A program made the translations under genes and the position numbers. 64,000 nt of DNA from Pocillopora damicornis (taxonomy: Eukaryota): positions 124,001 through 188,000 of the forward strand of contig NW_020846216.1 of NCBI RefSeq assembly GCF_003704095.1. Direction: 5' to 3'. Each line of letters starts with the position of its first letter. The first letter of the stretch is position 1. Of this stretch, positions 48,701 to 59,268 are shown piece by piece. Under the pieces are notes generated by a model. That model saw nothing but the letters and a program-made list of their open reading frames with translations. It had not been told where the DNA came from and made no database searches.

Positions 48701-50091
48701 CATATGAAGGCACAAAATATCTTCAATCATTTTTTGGAGTTCACTGACACGTCAAGGATACACTTGTAGACGCTGCCGCTCGAGGTCGCATAATTGCGTT
48801 TCTGTTTCATTCCTTTGAGTCTTTCTCCAAAAGATCTCACCTTTTCCAAAACGAATGAAACCGAACTTAGTCATTACGCTTTCGGCGGTTCTACGTGACC
48901 CCCCGAAGTGAATACCCAAAGGAATAAAGCGAGCCTTCTATGCACAAAATCCAGCAGTGACACCCATTTCTGAATGACACACTTACATCGACGTGAAGTT
49001 GTGATGAGCCCCAAGTTTGGAGAGTGGATTTCGTTGTTGTCGTAACCGAGTTGCGGTTATTATCCACTGGTCTGGTACTTTGCAAATATTACAGCAGCTT
49101 TCTCGACCTTTCTAAAACCTGAATGCTAATGTGTTGTAAATAACAAAGATCATGTCACAACGAAGATGTCACCTATAACACTCTACGAGTTATTTTGTGA
49201 CGTCACTCACTCGTGCGTCATGTAGGAGATTTTAGACTTTACAGCCTGATTAAAACTTGAGCTTTGTAAAATGGACCACTGAAACCTTCGAGTAAGCTTT
49301 TCTCGCACTTGAATTCAAACAGGGCAAATGGTGTATAACTCTGACAGATGTTTTGAACAGTACATTAACTACTGTCTATTTCACTTGTTCTAATGCAAAT
49401 TTTAAGACAGTAAGAATGTCATTAAAATAACACAGCCTGCAAAGTAAACAACGACGACTAAATAACTAGTCTCTTCAACTGTTGCCTTTGCTTTCAGCCA
49501 AAAGCACTTGGATTTAGTTTGGTTTCTGCGCATAAGCGATCAGATACGTACAAGTTGATTTGCTACAACAGCCACAGTCAAGATCTATCGGGGCGATAAA
49601 GGTACTTAGTTACCCAGTTTGGTTAAGTGTTTTGACTCCCTTCTGACTTGAATCTCGCTGCCATATAGCAAAAGGCTGATGAGAAAGACGCCCCTTCGAC
49701 GCAAATGCTTCCACGCAAATGACTTAACCTACAATCTTAGTTTTTGTATAAGCTTTCTAAAGTTCGTGATAAAAGTGGTTAGAACTCTTTTGTGATTGAA
49801 AAAGTTCTGTTTATTCTTTATGAAACCGAATACTTATTAGCATTTTTGATATGTTCATAAGTTGTCTTTTTAGCAAGAGTTCCCTTCCATTCCTGCGGTC
49901 TATCATAGACTCCAGGAATTCGTAAACACCGGAACATTTGGGTTTCCCTCTTGCGGACCATGGGGTTAAGATATTATCTGTAGGCGATATTTTTCTAAGC
50001 ATGATCAGGATTTTAGTATCGGTATTGTTGTGATTAAAAGCTTTTGATTTACGATAACTAACGCATAACAAGTCACAAGTTAATTTAATAT

Positions 50092-50228
50092 TATCAACCG
50101 AATTGATAACGGTAAATTGGCCACCGTAAATTGGCCTCCGTCATCAACTCAGTTGATATACCAAATTACCCTGTTATACTCTACCACTAACGCAGCACCA
50201 CAGTTTATTGAGAAACTTACCCCTTTTA
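50092..50228 (+). mobile_element. Short fold-back Penelope-like 3' remnant, hammerhead deleted
   Basis: TTATCAACCGAATTGATAACGG...TCATCAACTCAGTTGATA...CGCAGCACCACAGTTTATTGAGAAACTTACCCC. Confidence 0.65.
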
Positions 50229-51303
50229 TTAATTAGCAAACAAATTACACCGAATTCTTAACAGGACTTAGTAAAAGATAAAGTTAAGAATATTACAATA
50301 CGCTTGATCAGAACTGAAATGACGCCAAAATAGACAACTGACCTGCAAAGTCAATGGCTTCAAAACGAAATAAGTAAGTCACGTACCCCATTCACATCAA
50401 ATCTCAAACATGTTTTTAAGCTGGTTAAATCGATCTTTGTCAATTTATTTTTTTAATTTTGTGGGGGGGGAGGGGGAGGGGGGCTTCACTACCATGGCAA
50501 CAGGAAATAGTAAACAAAATGCAATTGATAAGGGGATCAAAAAGAAACCTCGCTAAAAAGCTTTTTTAATTTGTTGTAAACTGATTTAATTGGAACAACA
50601 AACCCTCTCTCGCTTACACAATTATTCCGACTAAAGAACAGTTCACTTAAACCTTTTTGTCTAAATTGATTTCTTTTTACGTGTAATATAACCTATTTTT
50701 GTCGTAGTGATTAATGAAAATCACATCTAGGCAACACGCCTTTAAAAATGTTAATCTTTTAACAACACGTTCTCTTGTTTCGAAACGACATTGTACAAAA
50801 TCACGACAAACTAACCGAACAGCTGGTAATATCACGCGAAGTTGGACAGCACGAGGGAAAAGATATGTTGAAAAAATACTGAAAACATCTAAACAAAACA
50901 GAACTTGAAAATACAAATATCAGGGCGCACGGTAAAGAAAAAGAACATTTTTACCAACGAAATTGGCTCTTTTAACTTACGTAACCTGACCTTTCGATCT
51001 AGAGATCCTGCTGGCCGGCTCCTCTTCCTTCTGCGATTCTTTTTTGTTTTACCCAAAATAAGGGGGAAAGCTCGGGACCCCCAGGCCCCTCCCCTAGATC
51101 CGCCACTGGGTAATGTAAATTGTTTCGAATTTAATTGTATTCGTGTTTCATTTCCTCATTCTCCCTGAGTTCGGTATGCCACAGACAACCCCTCAGAACC
51201 TTCTCTGAAGTGCTTTCCGGAGGTCACTAAAAGGAACCATGTGAATTGTCACGACCATGAATTACAACAATTCTTAATTCGTAATTTTAGTCTTAGTTCA
51301 AAG

Positions 51304-53683
51304 ATGGGATGCGGAGGTAGCAAGGCAGTGAGAACCAGAACAGCTCCAACACCGATCGCTCTCGATCAGGGACAAACTACCACCATTATTACTTCTTCCA
51401 AAGAGGAGACAAGCCCTTTAAACCACAGAGAACAGCCCGACGGTAAGACAACCGTTGATCAAACTGCGTCAGAGGGACACCAAGAAACCCAGAAGCCAGA
51501 TAATGAGGAACCAGTCACTCAGAAGCAGATTTCCTTGGTGCAAGAAACTTGGGGGCTAGTGAATGGTGATCTAGAAAAAGTTGGAGTAGACTTTTACATA
51601 AGGTAAAACATCTCAAATGTTATTGAATCAGCTTGCCCTTGGTCATCATATTAAGTTACAACAATTCAAGTTTAAAATGTTCCTAGTACATCCATGGGTT
51701 TATTGTATTCCAGCCGAAAAGTGAGACCCTTCAGTTTGCATGTGCTTTGAAGGAAACTTTCTCAGTGTATGGACACAGAAAGTCAGCAAAAAGATTTAAC
51801 AGAGTTCCCTAGATCTTATAGCAAGATGTCTGTATTTGTTTCGACTTTGATCCCTGAATGAAAAGCATGTTTTTCATCGTTCAATTTCTCCGTTATAGTC
51901 GGGCTCATTCGTATCATGATAAATTAGCGAGAAGCCGCATTTGATGAGGTAACAACTTTTTAAACTCACAAATCAAACCTAGTTTGATGAGAAAAGTATT
52001 TTGACCATGAAAAGATGTGCTGCCACGCCATGCAATGAGGTCAAGTTGCGAAATAATCTGTTTTTAGAACCCTGCGGTTTGACGCGATGCCGCATGTCAT
52101 TTGCCAGGCCGAGACTGCAAAAAAAAAAACAAAACAAAAAAAACACAACATTTGAAAAATACGTCATGAAGGATAGCCCCAACCAGCTCTCTACCGAGAA
52201 AAGTCACTAGTCTAGGCATGTTCTGTTCTGATCAACTGTGAAAATACCACGTCGGCATGGAGCACTTAGGTTACAGTCGCCTGCCCGTAACTGAAATCAT
52301 TAATCCAGTAACTTATTTACCACCTTTCATAAAACCTTTAATAATTGTTTGGCAATATGATGTAATCTTTAAAAAATTGCACCAGCTTATGCCAAGTGTT
52401 CTTGTGGACGCGGCGGGCGCGATAGTGGAGCAGAGCGAGATTAGTGGAACGCTTCTGACGCCTTTTACGTCCTCTTATCCTCTAGAGCACCCGTTTTTTC
52501 AACAGAGACAAAATTTGTAGAGCGCTTTTCACTAACTACTGAATGTTTTTGTCTCAGAAAGCAATTTTTGATTCTTTTTTTTTTTTCTCTAAGGTTGTTG
52601 AAGGCAGACTCAAATATTTTAGAACTGTTTTCATTCCGAGACATTGACAAATCATCCGATGACATCATGAGAGCCGATGATCGACTTAAAAGACAGGCGC
52701 TGGTAACAATGCAACACGTGGACTTGGCCGTGAACTCGCTCAACGATCTGGGCTCTATTGTTCCTGCTCTCAAGGACCTGGGAGGGAGACATACGATGTA
52801 CAAAGTCGAAGAACGTCATTACGTGGTATGCAATGAAATGTAAAGAAATGTATGTCACGTGAGTAAACAATTCGATATCTGCAGTCACACCCAAGTAGCC
52901 AATGAATACTCAAAGTAAAACCAAGGAAATAAGCAGAGAGGCGGGAGAACACGAGTCATTAAATTTCTGTATGGAAAGACTTCCTAAGTGAAATAACTAG
53001 CATTTATAGAGGTAAGAAATCGTACAAACGAAGCGATCGCAAGACTTCTTTGGGGTCAATTAAATATCTAGTTAGTCAAAAGTTCAGCAGTGACACTTCA
53101 GGTGGTAGCTCTTGGTCAAGTAGACTTGTGCCTCTATTTTTTAACTTTTAGGATCTTTTCATACTGAAATATACTCCACGCAAAAATATTCAGGTCGGAA
53201 AAAACTAAAATCTGGGAACACTTTTTATTCGTAGAGCGCTTTCAGATTGAGAGTTAAAAAACCAAAACCAAAGAGATTACAACAGCCAATCAGGAGAGAG
53301 AAAAACATTTTAGACAATAGGAACAATAAGAAAACGCGGGTGACCAAGTCGTGATTGGTTTTAGTTTTTTTGCATCTGATTGGTTGAGAAAGTGGTGCAA
53401 TTTTTTTGGACCCAATCACAGAGCAAAGTAAAGCGAAATCAATGCTATCCTGGATTATTTTCGACAGTCAATTGAGAATTGCCCTCGTTGTTTTCGTTTA
53501 ATTTAGATACATGTAGTTTTTTTTTTTTAATTATTTTAGGTTGCAGGATCTGCTTTACTCGACACTCTTAACAATGGTCTAGGGGACAAGTTTACTTCAG
53601 AGGTAAAAGAAGCGTGGACTGTTGTCTATGGAATCGTTGCGAACACGATGCAAGCAGGAGCCAAAGAAGTTTTGGAGGGATAG
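51304..53683 (+). CDS. N-terminally acylated (globin X-like) globin, 224 aa
   Basis: Exons 51304-51602, 52594-52825 and 53540-53683, with introns at the canonical B12.2 and G7.0 positions. MGCGGSK N-terminus, LVQETW (A helix), PheCD1 (LELFSF), proximal HisF8 (LGGRH) and AWTVVYGIV (H helix). Confidence 0.93.
53232..53485. mobile_element. CCAAT/ATTGG-rich MITE-like repeat
   Basis: TAGAGCGCTTTCAGATTGAG...TGATTGGTTGAGA...CCAATCA...CGACAGTCAATTGAGAATTGCCCT. Related pieces at about 6110-6260, 32340-32500, 37770-37995, 55260-55525, 57720-57890 and 60600-60872. Confidence 0.55.
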
Positions 53684-56670
53684 ACAAGGAAATATCAGTT
53701 CATATACTCTATACACAACCAAAAAATATTCTGAGAGGGTCTTTTATAGAACGTTTATTGCTGCGATTTCGCCTCATTCTGAAAACGTTAAAGAAACAGG
53801 AAACGTGCGCAAACTTTCATTGCTTTGTTTAAAACAAAACAATGCTGCCTGCTTCTCAGGCTTTAAAAATGTCTTAACTGCCTAGTTGGTCACGGCGACA
53901 AATGTAGACTCGAATATACTCAGTACCCTCTGAAGGAAATCGTCATCGATCAATTGTTAAAAGATTTTAAATATATGATTTGGCGAGCCAAGTATGCAGA
54001 CATGTAGGGCATTTTTCTTCAAAACCACATCTAGACCTTGACTTCTCCAGAGAAGCTGTTATATTGTCGTGCCTTTCAGGCAAGCTCATGTAAGGGTGAG
54101 GCGAACCTGCGTGCACGCGTGGCGCGTCCTAAGAGCGAGTGAAGTGCGAGACACGCGTGACGCGCGCCGAGTGGCACGGGTCCTCTCCCGCGTGATCCAC
54201 CCTCCACACTTGTCTACAGCTTTCCTCCGCTTCCCCGGAGGACGCCAAAAAATTACATCTCTCATGCAGGCTAATTCGTTGTCTTTGCTTTTACTTTTTC
54301 AAGGTTTATTTACCTATCGTGAGTTACTGATATACTTTTGCTGTCTTGCTAGTTTTTTTTAATTTATAATTCAGAAAGCTGATAGACTGACTGTTGATAA
54401 GACTGAGTGTCGCGCTTAAGAAAAACGAACACGATGATCATTAATTGCAAACAAGTTTTAGCGTAAATGTTTTTGTTCGTGGCTTTCGTTTTTTTCTTAG
54501 CTTAGTTTTCGCATCTGCGTAACTTTTGTTATCTTTTTTAATCAGGCATATATTGGTATTGTATTGAAGTATCGGTGGCAGAGTGTTAAAGTGCCTTTTG
54601 AAGGATCTCGAATATTAGTTGGTGTATTGTCCGACCACTGACGATCCTGTAACCTTCTTATTCCCAAGATCCAATAAGTTATACTCCCTTCTCATTGTAT
54701 TTCCTTATTGATTAAATCCGAAAATTTGGCCATAAATCACGATAACACTCTCTAAAAAAATTAGCCGGTCTGTTTTTATAACCTTTTTGTAAAATAGCAT
54801 ATTGGAATTACAAGGAGAACTTATATGTTAATCAGCCCTAAAAGCTAAAGGATAGGATTTCCGAAAAGGTTCACGGCTGCTGTGTCACAGATAATTCGTC
54901 GTGATGATTTTCCACTGGAAAGTGCCTTTATCCGCCATTGTTTGCTTGTTAATATGAATGATATACTAGCATTTGAATGCATACAATGCTTTAGTAACGA
55001 TAAACAAAAAAATTAGGTGGCAATCACCACCTGACTCTTATACAGTATATTTGTACAAACGATAACCAAAAAAAAATTAAATAAATAAATGAGAAGAAAG
55101 AGACCTTTAACAGCTGCCTCAGTTTTAAGGGGAATACATTCATAAAAATGCAAACGTGTTTTTTTTTTATTTTTATTTTTTTTTTACGTACATCCTTTCT
55201 GGAAAGGAAGCATTAAACAGAAATTATACTCGGTGGCTGTGGATCCTCAGGCTTGATTTACCAAAGTTGAGAACAGTTTTCGATTGCGTGTCAAAAAACC
55301 AAAAGGAAAATAATGGCAAAGGTCAATTCGAAAAAATTTAACATCATCTTAAGACAGTGAGGACGCTTAACAGACAAGCTGCTTGAAGAGTGGAAAGCGG
55401 AAGTGATCGAGTCACGTTTTGTTCTAGTTTTGCATCTGATTGGTTGAGAAAGATGGGGGAGTTTTTAGACCACTGAAACAAAAGAAACCCCGGATTACTC
55501 TCAAATTTTAACTGAAAATCGCTTATTCAACTAAACCGTTGTTCTGTTGAACAGAAGCTGGTTGGAATGCCTCGATCGACGGCACACAGTGCTGCAGTCC
55601 CACCGAAATTTCCCACAAATGCTCCCGGTCGGAAGTCATGGATCATTCTTTCAACTTGACCTCTCGGAACAAAACGAAGATGAGGACAAAGGAATTTTCG
55701 CGACAAGTCTAATCCGTAATTTTACTTTTAGTTTATATTAAGAATGGGATGCGGAGGAAGTAAGGCAGAGAGAATCAATACAGCACCAGTTCTGATCGCA
55801 GGACAGACTACTACGACCACATCGACCGCTACACGAGAGGAAACCAGCCCTTCAAACCCCAGACATCAGGTCGACGGTAGGATAATAGATGACCAAACTT
55901 CGACAGCGGATCGAGAAGAAACACAGAACCCCGGACACTGTGGTGGAAGATCTCATCGAGCCAGTCACTGAGAAGCAGATTGCCATGGTGCAAGAAACTT
56001 GGGGACTTGTGAAAGGTGATATAGAAAAAATGGGAGTAGAGTTCTACATGAGGTAACACATCTCCAATGAAATTAAACTCGACTAAGCCTTTGTTTTGTT
56101 AATCTAATACAATTCAACTAGTGTTTCCGCGACATTCATGGCTCTGCAGTATTCCATCCTAAACTTAGCCCCTTCGATTTTTACGTTCCTCCAGTGGGAA
56201 CCCTTGGAAATTTACAGACACAGTAAGTAGATAAAAGGATCTTATAAAGTTGTTCGTTTAAATTTTATAGCGAATTTAATCTTTTTCAGTGTTAAATCCT
56301 TCCGATACAGTTGCATATATGTGTATATATTTATTTACAGATAATTATATCATGGTAAATCATGACAACTTAATTATAGAGGAGCTGTCCATTAAGGAAT
56401 CGAACTTAATTGGTTACAAATTCTTGACTGTAACATAATGCGTTACAGAGAGTGCTACAAGATTATTTGGTTTTATTAACTGAGTTTATCACACATTGTA
56501 AACTGGCCACCGCTAACAGTTTCTAAAGCTGAACACCTATTTAATTACATCAGATTACCTCTACCAGTGAGAGGTCTTTAGGGAGCTGTGTATCCGGATT
56601 TTCATCTTTTTATTTTGTCTTGATAACTAATACTAACCTAAAAAAGCAAGTTTTTCATTAATTTTAAATT

Positions 56671-57346
56671 GGACATGGTTTGATGCTACTTTGGTTTAAA
56701 GATTTAATGAATGTAACCGAGAAGTTACAATTCATGGACCCAACGTTTCGACAGAGACAAAGAAGTTCTTTGTCCTAGGGAAGTATCTTCTCCGAGTCTC
56801 TCCTCCGCAACCTTAACCCTTTAACTCCCATAAGTGACCAAGACAGGATTTCTCCTTACAATATCAATACAATATCAAGCAGAAAAGTGTTGAGAATAAA
56901 GAAAAAAATCAATTAGGGGATTATAAATTGATCCAATCCCGAATTCTCCAAACTAGCATCACAAGAACTGTATGGCAGGCAGTAAGGAGAATTGCTAATG
57001 AGATCTTGGGAGTTTAAGGGTTAACGGCCTATTTGCCAAAAGAAATGGGATAAGTCTATAGTTATCACCATTAATCGGCGTTATCACCAGCGCCTTTGTT
57101 TGGAAGCCTGGCATATCAACTCCGCCCACGCTCCTTTAAATCGTGATGATGGCGGCTTATTTCCTGACGCCTATTTACACCTCGTCAGAAAAAAGGTCAG
57201 CTAATTAGTGAGCGTGTAAAAGGACCTCCTGTTGCAGCGTTTAGATGAAGGCACTAGTAAGGAGTGTCGAAACGTTGGGTCTATGAATCGTAACTTCTCG
57301 TTTACATTCATTAAATCTTTAAACCAGAATAACATCAAACCATGTC
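56671..57346. mobile_element. Element bounded by inverted repeats of about 82 bp, with a hammerhead-like motif and a nested TTAA MITE
   Basis: 56671-56753 is the reverse complement of 57265-57346. TAGATGA-A-GGCACT-agtaagg-AGTGTC-GAAA-CGTT lies at 57242-57276. Confidence 0.65.
56813..57024. mobile_element. TTAA-type MITE, subfamily 3 (complete)
   Basis: TIRs TTAACCCTTTAACTCCCA / TGGGAGTTTAAGGGTTAA. Confidence 0.85.
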
Positions 57347-57400
57347 TGAATGTCCACCTGGTTGCTATGTAAACTTTAATATATTTCAATTTTAAATCCT

Positions 57401-57426
57401 TCTCTCTCTCTCTCTCTCTCTCTCTC
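57401..57426. repeat. (TC)n microsatellite forming the polypyrimidine tract of the globin pseudogene exon 2
   Basis: About 13 TC units immediately before the acceptor at 57434. Confidence 0.9.
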
Positions 57427-58493
57427 GCTCTTAGGTTATTCAAAGTGAACCCAGAAACCTTAGAAATGTTTTCATTCAGAGACATTGATAAATCATCGTG
57501 TGACAAGATGAGAGCTGATGATCGACTTAAGAGGCAGGGACTGGTAACCAGGACTGGTAATCGGGGTTCTATTGCTCCTGCTCTAAAGGACTTGGGAGAG
57601 AGACATGCAAAATACAAAGTCGAAGAACATCATTATGGGGTATGGAAAAGCAAATTACTTAACGCGATCTTTGCAGCCAGTGAATTATCATACTGGAATA
57701 TGTCAAATGATCACGGTCAAATAGAACGTTTTTCGCAAAATCTAAACCAGAGTTATCGATAAGTTATTACAACAGCCAATCAGAGCGAATCAAGTAAAAC
57801 AAGGAGGTGAGAGAGTAAAAACAGTTAAATTGCCCGAAGCAAGGGAAATGCAATTGAAACAAAACGCGGACTACTTTCGACAGTCAATAAAAAAATTGAA
57901 ATAAGTGGTAGCAATCACGATGATAGCACAGGTCGAACACACTTTTAATTTTCTTTAATGGTCAATTTAAAATCTACTGGTCTTTCAATTATTCACCCCT
58001 GTCCACCTATCGACGGGCCATTGACGAACCAAATTAAAGTTATGTGGGCGGTATCGAGTTTTCTTTTAAGATCTCATTTAATTAAAACAAACTCCACGTA
58101 AAATTATCAAGGCTTACAATGCTTGAGATCTTGAAACACTTTTTGGGCCAAAATAAAAGTGCAATTTCATAGAATTTTGTCTTAAATTTATGTTATTTTT
58201 TAACTGAAAGCTTTTTGGGGTCGCTTTGCTTGACACTCTTGACAAAGACTCGAGAAAGAAGTTTACATTGGATTTAAAGAAGCATGGGTTTTCGTTTATG
58301 GAATTGTTGCGGACAAGATGCTAGCAGGAGCGAAAGACGTTCTCGAAGGATAGATCACAGATGACAAAAAAATTTCTGCACAGGTCCTTACAGTGATGGC
58401 GCTGAAAGAGTAAAACAGATGCATTCACTTTAACCGTCATGACTGCAAGCCGACTGGAAACATTTTTTCAATAACCACAGGCAGCCCAAGCTC

Positions 58494-58862
58494 ACGTATC
58501 GAGAAAAAGCCAACGATTAATTCATGAAAGCGTCACGCGCTGTGACGCGGTGTTAAGTTACGAGATTTAAACAGTAGGGGAAACGAAATATGGTCGTCGA
58601 TTTACAACGATAAATATTTCGAAATATGAACATTTTACACGTAAAATCAATAAAACTTACTCACATCCGGTGTGTCCGTTGTAGTTTCTGGCGATTTCTG
58701 CCCGTTTTAAGCTTGCTTTTCCATCACTGTTATTCCTGCCAAAAGGAATTCCTATTCCTTAAAACGTGTTCAAATTTTCAACGGTTCCTCTCGTAACTTA
58801 ACACCGAGTCACACAACGCGTGACGCTTTCATGAATTAATCGTTGGCTTTTTCTCGAGACGT
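58494..58862. mobile_element. MITE-like element with TIRs of about 70 bp upstream of SPTLC2
   Basis: TCGAGAAAAAGCCAACGATTAATTCATGAAAGCGTCACGCG...GTGTTAAGTTACGAGA (58499-58565) is mirrored at about 58789-58857. Confidence 0.8.
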
Positions 58863-59268
58863 TGCATAATGTCTGACATAGTGGCTTACATGTTTAATAA
58901 GCACTCCACAGTCGTGTCTATGTAAATATTAGGAAGCCCTTTCACGTGTTGTAATTGTATCTTTTTTTGGTTAAATACTAAGGATGATAATGTTTTCATT
59001 ATAAATATAAACACAAATTAAAATATTTTTAGCGATAAAGACGAACTAAATAAATGAGAAGCTATGAACTGTCAACAGCTGCTTGATTTGTGAGGAAAGG
59101 CTATTCATGACATAAAAACAGAGCTCTATCTGCATGAAAATAAAGTTAGTAAGTGTCTTGGAAATCACGATGACTTCAAAGTCGTTCAAAGGTCGTGTGT
59201 TACTCTGTCTTGTGATCCAGGGAGGTCTGGGCACTACGGCCGAAGTGACACAACACAACTGACTCAAA

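Larger units (their letters stand above)
55744..58353 (+). pseudogene. Globin paralog, probable pseudogene
   Basis: Exons 55744-56052, 57435-57639 and 58211-58353 are homologous to the upstream globin. Lesions: a +1 frameshift near the C-run at 55929-55932 (stop ending at 55971), a net 27-nt deletion in the E helix/EF corner, and a -1 frameshift near 58275 (exon 3 is 143 nt versus 144). Confidence 0.85.

Noticed and set aside
48700-50071. Moderately GC-rich intergenic stretch with 64-86-aa ORFs (possible decayed gene or TE)
   Set aside because: No consistent exon chain or recognisable domain. Left unannotated.
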